A stretch of 64,000 nt of DNA, taken from positions 15,492 through 79,491 of the IMG/VR virus record IMGVR_UViG_3300032295_002257. One strand, 5' to 3'. Each line of letters starts with the position of its first letter. The first letter of the stretch is position 1. The notes under the pieces were generated by a model, which had not been told where the DNA came from, made no database searches, and worked only from the letters and a program-made list of their open reading frames with translations. The DNA is from a virus (Duplodnaviria > Caudoviricetes). Position numbers and translations under genes: made by a program. Below are positions 1 to 10,458 of the stretch, piece by piece.

Positions 1-846
1 AATTACCCCACTAATTGGTCCATTTGGTAATTGAGTTACTCCTTTAGGGTGAGAATTACCCATATAACCATCACCCTCTTTAGATACCAATTTAACTTCA
101 TATCCTTTACCTTTTAACCAATCAACCACATCCTGCCACCCAGTTGGGTTGTTCCAATATTTTGTTTGTGCAGTTCCGTGAATCGCAATTGTAACTTGTT
201 TGTTAGCCGGCTTTTGGACTTGTGAGTGCTTTATTTTTGGTCTTACCTCTCTATAAGTTAAACCCAATATATCCGTGCACATTTTTTGCATTGGTTGGGT
301 TTTAGGGTCTGTTGGATTTTTGTATAAATCTATTTTACCATCTTCTTTATAGAACAATCCCAAAGAATACATAGCGTATAAATTATCAACGCCTGTTCCA
401 GGTGATACAAATTCAATTTCTGGATATTGTTCTACAAACAAATCATTCATAAATGTAGAACATATAACTTGACATTTATGCTTTTTTCTGAACTCATTGA
501 TGTATGGAATCCAAGACATTGTATCACCCAATGCTTTAGAATCAAATGCTATATACACTCTTTTATTTTCAGCATTGTAGGTATATGTTCTCCATAACTT
601 ACCATCCTCATAAACTTCAATTCTCCATTCTATGAAATACTCCATAACACATTTAGTCCACATATTATTTTTAATAGTGGTTTCGTATGGAATTTCTCCA
701 GTTCTATTATTAATAAATTTAATATTATAACTAGCTTCTTTACCTCCTAATACTTCTACAGTAGCCCCTTTTATAAAATTAACTTTAAAAGTATTTTCAG
801 GCTCTACTATATTATTTTCATTTTTAACTATACCATCGTATATCAT
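1..846 (-). CDS. Autotransporter heptosyltransferase-like (Aah/TibC, GT9-like) glycosyltransferase, 3' end runs off the window
   Basis: Not in the ORF track. Translated by hand from ATG at 846 (ATGA overlap with the upstream stop): MIYDGIVKNE...NFIKGATVEVLG...NNMWTKC...KRVYIAFDSKALGDTMSWIPYINEFRKKHKCQVICSTF...TAQTKYWNNPTGWQDVVDWL. Open to position 1. Confidence 0.8.
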   Translation of the reverse strand, partial: MIYDGIVKNENNIVEPENTFKVNFIKGATVEVLGGKEASYNIKFINNRTGEIPYETTIKNNMWTKCVMEYFIEWRIEVYEDGKLWRTYTYNAENKRVYIAFDSKALGDTMSWIPYINEFRKKHKCQVICSTFMNDLFVEQYPEIEFVSPGTGVDNLYAMYSLGLFYKEDGKIDLYKNPTDPKTQPMQKMCTDILGLTYREVRPKIKHSQVQKPANKQVTIAIHGTAQTKYWNNPTGWQDVVDWLKGKGYEVKLVSKEGDGYMGNSHPKGVTQLPNGPISGVI

Positions 847-2498
847 ACTTGCCAAGTTTTTATTGTATTATCTAGCAAAGAATATCCTTCAGCTTGATTA
901 CTATATAATTTATTTGTAGTGTATCGTAATTCCTTATGGTGGTAAAATATATGATTAAACCAAAGGTCACCAACATCCCATTCACAATCTTTTATTCTAT
1001 CGTTCCACCATTCTCTATCTTTATTTCTAACTAAATACGCATGTGCTAAATCTTGGTTATGACCCGTCTTACTGAAGTGTTCATCTACTTGCTCTTTATA
1101 TTGGGATGGGTTATTAGCAAAACTAAGAAAATACACATTATTCGATTCAGCTATTTCGCATGCCTTATAAACAATATCAACAAAGTCATCTACATTTGTA
1201 TAAATGTATGCATCTGCTTCGAACACTAATGTATAATCATAATCTCTATTTAAATTCTCAACAGCTGTTTTATGTGCTAAATAACAACCATAATGTTTAC
1301 CCGTTATCCAACCCAATCCAGCACCAGGCCATAATTCACCAGGTTCATTAGTTGGACTTAAATGGTCAGGTCTACGGCAGTGTTCTTTTGGTGCAAAATC
1401 TTTATATACTTCATTTACAATCGGAACATAATCCATACCATAACTTTCTAATTGTCTGATTGATTTCATACTCAATCTTTCTCTAGTTCCGTATGGAGTT
1501 GTTAACAAATGTTTGATTTGTATTTTTGGAGTTGGCTTAAATCCCAATTTTAATTCAGGTTGTAGAATATTTAAAATCAATTGCTTAGTATTGATTGTAT
1601 CATCATTGATATAAGTTACCAATTGATTCGTATCATATGTATCTAAGTAAGTGTGTAATTTTCTAAAGATAGAAGGTAATCTATATGAAAGGGCTTCTTT
1701 AACCGATAAAGGATTTAATTCTAATTTAGAACTAAAATAAAACATATCAGCTGCCGCATAGAATTTCTCAACATCGTTTCGTTCACCCCAAACAATACAA
1801 TTATCAGGTTTGTCTTTCATCAACGGGCCCCAGTAACTTTCAAAGTTTCCTGCCTGATTTCCTATGAAATGAAATTTAATTTTGTATTTGGATAATTCCT
1901 TTGCTATTTGAAATATTTCAGCTTGATTTTTACCAGGCGAAAATAATCCAACATTTAATACATGCTTCCAATCCGATTCGAATCCTAAATCTTTTTTAAA
2001 TTTATTTTTATCAAATGTATGATTTTCAATAGGATATTCCCAAACTGAAGTTTCTACATTAGTAGATTCAAATACTCTCCTACTCCATTCCGATACTAAA
2101 ACATATCTATCCGGATGATGCGTTATTTCATTTGGATTTGTAAACGAACCATGCGTAGTTACTACAATTTTGTAGTTTCTTTTTGAATTATCAAAAATTT
2201 TATCTAATACTTCTTTTGATAAATCAAATTGCGGTATTTCGTGAAAATGAATAATATCAGGGTTAAATTTGTTTATAACATCTAATATTTTAGATTTATC
2301 ATTTCCCAAAATATGTAAAGGAACTGAATTTCTTATTTTGTTCTTTTGAACTGCAAATTCCTCACCACCTACATTATTGATTTCAACAACTTCTATTTCA
2401 AAATCATTTTTAAAGGATTCTATTTGTTTATAGAGATATTGCGGTTGTCCGCCCGTTGATAGGTGCGGAGCTATATAGAGTAACTTTCGTTTTAACAT
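843..2498 (-). CDS. Two-domain glycosyltransferase: N-terminal GT-B (GT4-like) plus C-terminal GT-A (GT25-like)
   Basis: PHLSTGGQPQY, VGLFSPGKNQ and ELNPLSVKEA are GT4-type motifs; the C-terminal YGCYLAH and LVFEADA are GT25-like. Confidence 0.8.
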   Translation of the reverse strand: MLKRKLLYIAPHLSTGGQPQYLYKQIESFKNDFEIEVVEINNVGGEEFAVQKNKIRNSVPLHILGNDKSKILDVINKFNPDIIHFHEIPQFDLSKEVLDKIFDNSKRNYKIVVTTHGSFTNPNEITHHPDRYVLVSEWSRRVFESTNVETSVWEYPIENHTFDKNKFKKDLGFESDWKHVLNVGLFSPGKNQAEIFQIAKELSKYKIKFHFIGNQAGNFESYWGPLMKDKPDNCIVWGERNDVEKFYAAADMFYFSSKLELNPLSVKEALSYRLPSIFRKLHTYLDTYDTNQLVTYINDDTINTKQLILNILQPELKLGFKPTPKIQIKHLLTTPYGTRERLSMKSIRQLESYGMDYVPIVNEVYKDFAPKEHCRRPDHLSPTNEPGELWPGAGLGWITGKHYGCYLAHKTAVENLNRDYDYTLVFEADAYIYTNVDDFVDIVYKACEIAESNNVYFLSFANNPSQYKEQVDEHFSKTGHNQDLAHAYLVRNKDREWWNDRIKDCEWDVGDLWFNHIFYHHKELRYTTNKLYSNQAEGYSLLDNTIKTWQV

Positions 2499-2514
2499 GG
2501 ATATAACAATTTAT

Positions 2515-2546
2515 CAAAGATACGAAAAAAATTCGAATTTACCAAA
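2515..2546 (-). promoter_or_regulatory. Bacteroidota sigma-70-type promoter TTTG-N20-TATCTTTG
   Basis: Minus strand TTTG at 2546-2543 and TATCTTTG at 2522-2515, upstream of the ATG at 2498. Confidence 0.75.
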
Positions 2547-2547
2547 T

Positions 2548-2829
2548 TTATTCCGCTACATCAAAAACCACAACACCTTCAACTAAATCAATTTCACCCT
2601 TTGGATATGTAGTTTCTAATGCTTTCAATTCTTCTTTGATACCCGCTAAAGCCGCATCATACATTTCTAAAACATCTTTTTTTGCTTGACTTGTAGTTTG
2701 TAGTTCAGTTGTAACCTCTCTCAAACGAAGTTCGATTTCCCCTAACCCCAATACACAATCATTTGCTTTTGTTTGTAGTTCTCTTAATTTGGTTAATACC
2801 AATTCATCTAATTTTTCTTTCTTTTGCAT
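2548..2829 (-). CDS. Small coiled-coil protein downstream of the tail fibre
   Basis: 93-aa ORF with heptad-like helix; ATATTTAT motif at 2855-2862. Confidence 0.6.
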   Translation of the reverse strand: MQKKEKLDELVLTKLRELQTKANDCVLGLGEIELRLREVTTELQTTSQAKKDVLEMYDAALAGIKEELKALETTYPKGEIDLVEGVVVFDVAE

Positions 2830-2876
2830 TGTAAACTAGTTTTTATGTTCGTATATAAATATATATTTTTTAAATA

Positions 2877-5800
2877 TTAAGAATTATTAAGTTTCTCTTC
2901 TAATTTTTCTACCTTTTCATTTAATTCTTGAACTGCCTTCCATAAAGCAAATATTAAATTGGTTTTTGCAATACTCTGAGGGACAGTTTTCTTTTGTCCT
3001 GGATTATCCACATCATCAATTTCTTCATAATCCACAAATTCTTCTAATCCAGCTGCTTCCAATTCTTCCGCAATTATACCTATTTGTTGTGAGGGATTTC
3101 CTTCATCCGTATCAACATTCCAATAGAATGTTCTAACAGGCGTATTTTTTATCGAATCCAATAAAGATGTATGATTCCAATCTAAAATAGTATTTTTAAA
3201 TCGTCTAGATGAATCAAATCTACAAACTTGCCAAATGTTTGCACCCGAATCGATTCTTATTTGCATCTCTCTTAATGTACCACCCACTGTACTTGCACCA
3301 ACTATATTTTTTAATAACAGAGAGGGTCTTTGACTACCACCTACTGAAACTGTATTTAAAAATGCTTCATTTCCAGATGATGCTAAATTCCAAGTTAGTG
3401 TACCAACATCTCTGATATCATTGGCGTTCATATCAATATCACCCGCGCCGGCTTCAATACTTATACTATCCGCCGTACCACTACCACTAATTTGTAAAGT
3501 TGTATTTACCGCATCACTTTCTAATCGGTACCATCCCTTTGAAGTAACTGTTGGTAGGTCTGTACTTGAGTTTCGTTCTGCTTTAAAGTATTTACTCGTA
3601 CCAGATGCAACTTGAACACCATCACTTGTCAATTCAACAATATTAGTAAGTTTATTAAATTGAAATTGAGGAGGTATTTCAGTTACCGAAATATCAACTT
3701 GTCCTGTAGATATATAACCCGTTAATTTATACCAGGTATATGCGTAATATGTAGTTCCACCTTCCAGATTAATTGTTTGATTTGTAGCTGCGGTTATATA
3801 CGAAAGTGTACTTGGTGAATACAATACCATACTTCCACCAAAAACAAAATCTGCTAAAGTGCCAGCTGGATCATCAGTAGTAAAAACATCAACACCTACT
3901 TCTATACCAACATATCCATTCCAAGGCCCAAATTCAGCCGCTACATAACTACCACCCCCAAAATCAATATCATTATCAGCCCAAGTTCCAGTTCCACTAG
4001 TTAAATTTATAGCAACTCCATTCCCCGCAGTGTTATGATATACTTTATCATTAGTTAAATATGTATAGAAGTTGATAGAAGTTGCTGAAATACCAGCGGA
4101 GATAGTGGATGGGGTTACATTTATTGTAGAACCCCCTACACTTGATAATGCACCTCTTTTAAAAACTAAATCAGGATTTGATCCAGAATTTTCTTTTATA
4201 TAAATACTGTTAGCCGATGCATCTAAAAATATTGTTCCCGCATTACTTCTAATTAAACCAGGCTGAATAATCCATCCATTTGAACCACCTAAAAATCCAC
4301 TTGTTGCAGTAACATTACCATTTATTGTTAAGTTAACACCATCAAAAAATAATTTATCTGATAACGAAAATCTTCCTAAACTATCTAAATAAGCAGGTGT
4401 TGTTACGGAGTTAAATACACCACCCGCAGCAGGTCCTATATAAATTGAACGAGTTACTGAATTTCTTGCATCTAAATAAATCGCAGGTGTTGATAGAGAT
4501 GCACTACCAACCGTAAATAAAGTACTTATATAACCCGCGCCACCTGCTAAAATTGGAGATGTTACGGAAGTACTACTTATAAAAGTTCCACCACTATAAC
4601 TACCATTTGCTATTGAATCTGCAATTGCTTTTGCTCCCTGATAAGCTGCACTAGCCGTTACGTTTGCGTATGCTACACCTTGATTATAAGATGCTGTTCC
4701 AACATTTTGTGCATATGTTTGAGTTGCAGCATCCCCACCCAATACCGTAATACTTCCAGCTACACTTAAAGTGCCGCCTGAAAAACTCATAAAATTTGTG
4801 CTATCACCAACTTTGAATTGACCCGTATCATACCAATAGTTATTTGAATTGATATACAACCCATCATTAGTTGAATTTACATCAGGTCCCAATAGCATAC
4901 CACCCGCGTTCAATATACCACTCAATTCTAATTGAGAACCATCCCATCGCATGTATCGTGTATTACCCGAATTAACCAATGACATCATTGGGGTTTTTGT
5001 TGATGCTACTGTTTTCGTTCCCATAAAGATACCAGTATTACCATATCCAATCACACCCGAAGATGTTTGGTCATTATCAGCACCAACAACTCCCGTTTGT
5101 CCAATTGCTATATAAGGGTCAACTCTACCACCTGCCAAAACTATATTAGCAAATTTCTCAGCTCCACCATTATTACCAACATTAATTGTATTCTTAACAA
5201 ATGATTCTTCAAATATTGCTAACTTAGCTGCTACAAAGAATTCTTCTTTACCCAAATATTCCCAATACTGATTCTTAGTTCCCTTTGTAGGTTCGCCAAC
5301 AACAGTTGGAGGAGCTTGTGCTCCAACAAGAATATATCCACTAGGTGGTGTATTTCCAATATAATAATCTAATGATGATGAATTATAATAAGTTCTTGCT
5401 CCTGATTTTTCAAGTGATGCCCAATAATATGTTTCATTTATTGCTCCTGGATAAATTACCGAATCTCTTCTTTTATTTGCTACATCAAATTCATAATCTA
5501 AACTGCCAGACCAAACTCCTCTCATAATAAGACCAGGTCCTATTGCCCCTTCGTATTGAACACTTAAAGATTGAGTTTTATAATAAACCGCTTTACCATC
5601 CTCTACATCAATTTCATAAATTATTTGAGCAGATGCACTTAATGGTAATAATGATGAAGTATTTCTTAAATAATTCCACTGCGATATATCACCAATACTA
5701 AAAACACCATTTGGATTTGGTAAAACCGAACCTAATGTTAAACCATTAGCTGGTGTTATGTGAGAAGATGTAGAATATAATGTTGCTCTATATTGACCAT

Positions 5801-8800
5801 TTGGTATTACAGTTCCTAATTGATCAAATTGTGATGCTGAATATGCATTTACAGCTATAAGTGGTGTTCCACCTTTTGTTGCTAATATTTCAGTTCCTGT
5901 TCCCGCAACTGTAATTTCACCATATACATCCGCAAATATAGATGAATTTTCATTTGTTAATGATACATTGTATGGAGTTCCTCCCGATTGAACTCCACTT
6001 ATTGTAACCTGATCTTCTGCAAAAATTTGTGCGTTTACATCACCACTTCCATCTCTCAAAGCAACTTTAAAAATTGCAGTTTCGCCAGGCGCAGCTGAAT
6101 CACCAGATGATAATGAAAGTGTATCACCACCAAAGTTTATTGATGTTGGTGGTGTTAATTCAACATCATTTTTAAAGAATTGAAAGTATGCTGAACCTGT
6201 TGTATTGTATGCGGTGGCTGTTAATGTAATATCTCCAGCAGGCGATAAAACAACACCATCACCATCATAACTTACAACGTTTGCCGTTGCTGATATTGAT
6301 ATTGCTCTAGCTGCCGTTCCATTTGAAACTTTTGTAAACGATTGGGTAACAAATGAATTTAAAATGGATGAAGTGTAATATGGTTGATAAGTAAAATCAT
6401 ATTGTAAACTTCCTAAATTTTCTGTGAAAGCGGTTGCTGCTTGAACTATTACTTCAGTTGAATCCAATGAATTTGAAGCATAACTACCAGGTGCAACAAT
6501 ACCATCGGTATCTATGTTAATAAAATATGTTCCATTTTTTTGTTTAGAACCATTTGCCCCATTTTGATCATACACCAAATAGGTGTTTCCTTGCTTTACT
6601 CTTACCGATGTTACCGATGGTGTGAAATCCAATGGGTCTCCGTTTTCATTTGCTTTAATTACAACTGTTGTTGGATTAACTTCAAATGAAATGGGTTCTT
6701 CACCAATCAAACCATCAGGAACTATAGTAAATAATTTATCTACATTTACTGATGCGGAAGTCCAAGGTTCAGTATAAGTAAAAGATGTTATCAATTGCCT
6801 ATTTTGATTATTAGGCATTCCTTCTAAATATGTTGCGGCATCTGGTCTCGAAGGTATTATGTTTCCTATCTCATCAAAAGCAACAATTGTTATATTTGGG
6901 TCACAACTATGTGTTACATAATTTATCCAATATTCTGCAACAAAATCATTGTTTAAAGACATTGATGGATAAACCTCAATTGAACAACTTAGTGGATTTT
7001 CAAAAGTTCCTCTTTTATAGAAAGAAGCGGTTGCCGATGAAAATGTTGGAATAAATCGATTACCATCAGTTGGTAATTTTGGAGTTGGATTTACACCAAA
7101 TGCATCTGCATCATATAAAACTATACCGGCATCTAAACCATCTTGCAAATCAGTTAATGTTAATGATGTTAGAATTGAAGCAGAGTAGTTATTTGAAGAT
7201 GATGGAATTAAATAAATTGTTCTTTGTCCATCTATTGAATCTCTATTAAATCGTGCGTTATAATCCAACTGACCAGAACCAGTAACACCAGCTGATAATC
7301 CTAAAACAAATCCTTTAGAGGATGCTTCGGTTAGAGTAATATATGTAGAACCCGATTGAACAAATAATTTGTAATCGGATTTACCTAAAGGTAATCCACT
7401 TTGAATATTTAATTCATTAATACCATCTATTCTTACTGCCTGAATTTCTAATGAAGATGATGCATCTGAGTTTCGGATTACCGTTCCATTATAAGGTCTG
7501 ATTTCATAATTTACACCACCCTTACCATCACTAACTCTTGTGATAATAATTGTATCACTAACACCTTCAACGGCTGCAGTATATTCTATAAATTGAACAA
7601 CAATATCATCTTTAGAACCTGTAAAGTTTTGAACTGATAAACTATAATTGTTTGGATCGATAACCGTCAATAAACCAGGATATTGTTCGCCTGGTCCGTA
7701 TGATGATGCTGAGATTTCGTTATTGAAAAAATCAAATGAGCGTGATGTGAATGTGATTGAGCCCGTTATGAAATTAGTTTCCGCTTCTATTAAAATTGTT
7801 GTTGGTGCAACTGGGTTTCCTGTACCAGAACCCGAATCAAATTGAAAATATAATGAAGTTGGAACTAAATTTATACTCTTATTGATTACGTTTAAATTAC
7901 CACCACTAAATGTTTTTGTTGCTAATACTTCAACAGGTATATAATTGTTGTTAATATCATAAAACTCAAAACGAAAATCAAAAGTTTCAGTTTCTAAGTT
8001 CCTTTGAACAGGTTGTATAAATGTTATCTCATCAGGTGAAAACGATGTTTCTTGTGATGCTCTTAAACTAACATCGGAAATATACCAATCATTTCCTTTA
8101 ACTTCAAAATAAAGTCTTGCAGTATCAAATGAATCAGCAATTATATTTTCATTTATATTTGTTTTTTGCAAATATGGATTTGATGATGTGATAGTTGTAA
8201 TTTCTTGAGTAATGGTTTTAGAATCTTTAGTTCCCTGCAAATAAACTTTTATATAATTTGTAGATGAAATAGAGCCACTAATTCTAACATTCATATCTAA
8301 TGTATATTCTACACCAGAACTTATATCTATAGATTTAGATGTATAAAATTGATTAGCACCATTACTATTTAACTTAACCGAATTATATAGAAAATCCTGA
8401 TTGAATGTTTTGGTTAAATTTGCTGATGATGTTAACCAGTAGTTTGATATAGTGTATGGTGTAAATAAACCATAATTTTCTTGGTTTCGTTCGGATGATT
8501 CTAAATCAACTAATATTTCATTAGATTCTAATGCAATTTCTTGCACAAACTGAAAATCCGATACTTCAGATTGTGATTTACGGAATACTTTAACTCTAGC
8601 AACATCACCTACAAATGTAGTTAAATCTGTGATGTTTATTTTTGCAAAAGAACCACTCAATGCAGTTCCAATTGCACTATCCTCTACTAAATAAGTAAAA
8701 CTAGCAGTATATGGTTGTACATCGAAAGATGCTACTAATCCATTTGAAGAATATGGATTACTTACTATTAATTCTTTATTTGTTACTACATTAGATGGAT

Positions 8801-9509
8801 TGAATGTGATACCTAAATTAGGCATAGTAACACTTCCATTTAATACTGAACCACTCCAATTTGTAGAATCCGTAATTGTTAGTAAATAAGATGATGGTAA
8901 CGAAAAAGATGATAATCTAACACCATCACCCGGAACTAAAGGAGTTCCACTAACAATACCACTTTGTTGTATAATAGTTGGAGTTGCTGTAAATATAGGT
9001 CTAGATATTTCTTCTATTGCTACTTTTGGCCTTCTATAAAATCTTACCTTATCTTCGTTTGCAAGTAATTTATTTACTTTAAATGATTTTTCCCATTTTA
9101 CATTATATATCCCCTTCCATTCATCGGGTATATCTCTTACAATATCATCTGCATCCAAATACTCTTTAAGTTCTCCCAATACAGTTATAGTAGCCTGCCC
9201 TATTGGAGTATCATCATATATATAAACAGCAACTACTTTAGAAGTACCTTCATAATATTCAGGTATACCATTACCAGGCTCCCAATAAACAGGATTACCA
9301 TCAACATCTATTATTTCAATTTTAATTTCAGTAGATTCTAATAGATATTCAGAACCTTCTATTAAAAATCCGTTTTTACCACCACTAAAAGATTCTTTAA
9401 ATTCGGTTATTCTAAAATAATCGGAATTTGGATTTGTATCAATTATAAATGTATTAAACGAACTTAAATTTTGAAGTTGCGTATCTCCGTATTTTTTAAT
9501 TCTTGCCAT
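2877..9509 (-). CDS. Large tail fibre / receptor-binding structural protein with C-terminal intramolecular chaperone (Peptidase S74-like)
   Basis: 2210 aa, rich in S/T/G/N and beta-like. C-terminus DSSRRFKNTI...GIIAEEL...LWKAVQELNEKVEKLE matches the S74 chaperone pattern. Late motif at 9535-9542. Confidence 0.8.
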   Translation of the reverse strand: MARIKKYGDTQLQNLSSFNTFIIDTNPNSDYFRITEFKESFSGGKNGFLIEGSEYLLESTEIKIEIIDVDGNPVYWEPGNGIPEYYEGTSKVVAVYIYDDTPIGQATITVLGELKEYLDADDIVRDIPDEWKGIYNVKWEKSFKVNKLLANEDKVRFYRRPKVAIEEISRPIFTATPTIIQQSGIVSGTPLVPGDGVRLSSFSLPSSYLLTITDSTNWSGSVLNGSVTMPNLGITFNPSNVVTNKELIVSNPYSSNGLVASFDVQPYTASFTYLVEDSAIGTALSGSFAKINITDLTTFVGDVARVKVFRKSQSEVSDFQFVQEIALESNEILVDLESSERNQENYGLFTPYTISNYWLTSSANLTKTFNQDFLYNSVKLNSNGANQFYTSKSIDISSGVEYTLDMNVRISGSISSTNYIKVYLQGTKDSKTITQEITTITSSNPYLQKTNINENIIADSFDTARLYFEVKGNDWYISDVSLRASQETSFSPDEITFIQPVQRNLETETFDFRFEFYDINNNYIPVEVLATKTFSGGNLNVINKSINLVPTSLYFQFDSGSGTGNPVAPTTILIEAETNFITGSITFTSRSFDFFNNEISASSYGPGEQYPGLLTVIDPNNYSLSVQNFTGSKDDIVVQFIEYTAAVEGVSDTIIITRVSDGKGGVNYEIRPYNGTVIRNSDASSSLEIQAVRIDGINELNIQSGLPLGKSDYKLFVQSGSTYITLTEASSKGFVLGLSAGVTGSGQLDYNARFNRDSIDGQRTIYLIPSSSNNYSASILTSLTLTDLQDGLDAGIVLYDADAFGVNPTPKLPTDGNRFIPTFSSATASFYKRGTFENPLSCSIEVYPSMSLNNDFVAEYWINYVTHSCDPNITIVAFDEIGNIIPSRPDAATYLEGMPNNQNRQLITSFTYTEPWTSASVNVDKLFTIVPDGLIGEEPISFEVNPTTVVIKANENGDPLDFTPSVTSVRVKQGNTYLVYDQNGANGSKQKNGTYFINIDTDGIVAPGSYASNSLDSTEVIVQAATAFTENLGSLQYDFTYQPYYTSSILNSFVTQSFTKVSNGTAARAISISATANVVSYDGDGVVLSPAGDITLTATAYNTTGSAYFQFFKNDVELTPPTSINFGGDTLSLSSGDSAAPGETAIFKVALRDGSGDVNAQIFAEDQVTISGVQSGGTPYNVSLTNENSSIFADVYGEITVAGTGTEILATKGGTPLIAVNAYSASQFDQLGTVIPNGQYRATLYSTSSHITPANGLTLGSVLPNPNGVFSIGDISQWNYLRNTSSLLPLSASAQIIYEIDVEDGKAVYYKTQSLSVQYEGAIGPGLIMRGVWSGSLDYEFDVANKRRDSVIYPGAINETYYWASLEKSGARTYYNSSSLDYYIGNTPPSGYILVGAQAPPTVVGEPTKGTKNQYWEYLGKEEFFVAAKLAIFEESFVKNTINVGNNGGAEKFANIVLAGGRVDPYIAIGQTGVVGADNDQTSSGVIGYGNTGIFMGTKTVASTKTPMMSLVNSGNTRYMRWDGSQLELSGILNAGGMLLGPDVNSTNDGLYINSNNYWYDTGQFKVGDSTNFMSFSGGTLSVAGSITVLGGDAATQTYAQNVGTASYNQGVAYANVTASAAYQGAKAIADSIANGSYSGGTFISSTSVTSPILAGGAGYISTLFTVGSASLSTPAIYLDARNSVTRSIYIGPAAGGVFNSVTTPAYLDSLGRFSLSDKLFFDGVNLTINGNVTATSGFLGGSNGWIIQPGLIRSNAGTIFLDASANSIYIKENSGSNPDLVFKRGALSSVGGSTINVTPSTISAGISATSINFYTYLTNDKVYHNTAGNGVAINLTSGTGTWADNDIDFGGGSYVAAEFGPWNGYVGIEVGVDVFTTDDPAGTLADFVFGGSMVLYSPSTLSYITAATNQTINLEGGTTYYAYTWYKLTGYISTGQVDISVTEIPPQFQFNKLTNIVELTSDGVQVASGTSKYFKAERNSSTDLPTVTSKGWYRLESDAVNTTLQISGSGTADSISIEAGAGDIDMNANDIRDVGTLTWNLASSGNEAFLNTVSVGGSQRPSLLLKNIVGASTVGGTLREMQIRIDSGANIWQVCRFDSSRRFKNTILDWNHTSLLDSIKNTPVRTFYWNVDTDEGNPSQQIGIIAEELEAAGLEEFVDYEEIDDVDNPGQKKTVPQSIAKTNLIFALWKAVQELNEKVEKLEEKLNNS

Positions 9510-9599
9510 ATCTTATTGTATAGGAATATTTTTAATAAATATAACCAAAAAACAAAAATCTTAATACTTATTTTAGAAAACTAAAGAAATATAAAGAAT

Positions 9600-10277
9600 A
9601 TGAAGGTTGCGTTACTACTATCGGGCAAATTTAGAGGTAGTTATATACCATTTAACTATTTACAAAACAATTTACTCAACAAATATAATCCTGATATTTT
9701 TATAAATTACAATTATAAGAACGATGATGATATCGAATGTGATGAAAGTGAGTTGATTTCCATATATAATCCAAAATTGATAAATTTTACAAAAACACCG
9801 GATATTGTAAAGGAAAAAATAGATATGGTAAATGGATATGAAGTAGCAGGTGAATCAAACCCTTCAAGCGTTTTTAATATGTGGTGGGGGATTTATCAGG
9901 CAAATGAATTAAAGAAGAAATATGAGGAGGAGAATGGGTTTAAATACGATATTGTAATACGAACCAGATTCGATATAGAAATATTAGAGGAAGTTGAACT
10001 TAGAAATTGGAATAATAGTCTTTTTATACCAATGGGGTCTGATCATAGAGATGGATTCAATGATTTTCTAGCTTATGGCAAATCTCACATTATGGATTAC
10101 TATTGTTCTAATTTTCATCATTTAGTTGATTATATTAAGGGAGGAGAACTAATACATCCAGAAAGATTACTAAGACGGCATTTGCAAGATTTCAAATGCA
10201 CATTCATACGAACATATATGCCAATGCGTTTAAGGGGAGTATTGGTTAACCAAATAGATTATTGTGTAAATCCCTAA
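9600..10277 (+). CDS. Putative glycosyltransferase (GT-A-like, phage/giant-virus type)
   Basis: MKVALLLSGKFR start, YDIVIRTRFD (DxD-like), FNDFLAYG and HPERLL motifs. Confidence 0.65.
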   Translation: MKVALLLSGKFRGSYIPFNYLQNNLLNKYNPDIFINYNYKNDDDIECDESELISIYNPKLINFTKTPDIVKEKIDMVNGYEVAGESNPSSVFNMWWGIYQANELKKKYEEENGFKYDIVIRTRFDIEILEEVELRNWNNSLFIPMGSDHRDGFNDFLAYGKSHIMDYYCSNFHHLVDYIKGGELIHPERLLRRHLQDFKCTFIRTYMPMRLRGVLVNQIDYCVNP

Positions 10278-10287
10278 AATAAAGATT

Positions 10288-10458
10288 ATGAAAAAATATG
10301 CTATGATACAAATTGATGCTGAACTACATGCAGCATTAAAAGATTTTTGTAAAGAGAAAGGTTATAAGATTGGTGGTTTGATAGAGAGCTTAATAAAGGA
10401 TAGAATTGAATCCTCTAAAAAGTCTCTACCAAAAAAAGTATTATCTACTAAAATTTAA
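10288..10458 (+). CDS. Small ribbon-helix-helix-like DNA-binding protein (56 aa)
   Basis: Not in the ORF track: MKKYAMIQIDAELHAALKDFCKEKGYKIGGLIESLIKDRIESSKKSLPKKVLSTKI. A beta-strand followed by two helices, as in RHH proteins. Confidence 0.65.
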   Translation: MKKYAMIQIDAELHAALKDFCKEKGYKIGGLIESLIKDRIESSKKSLPKKVLSTKI

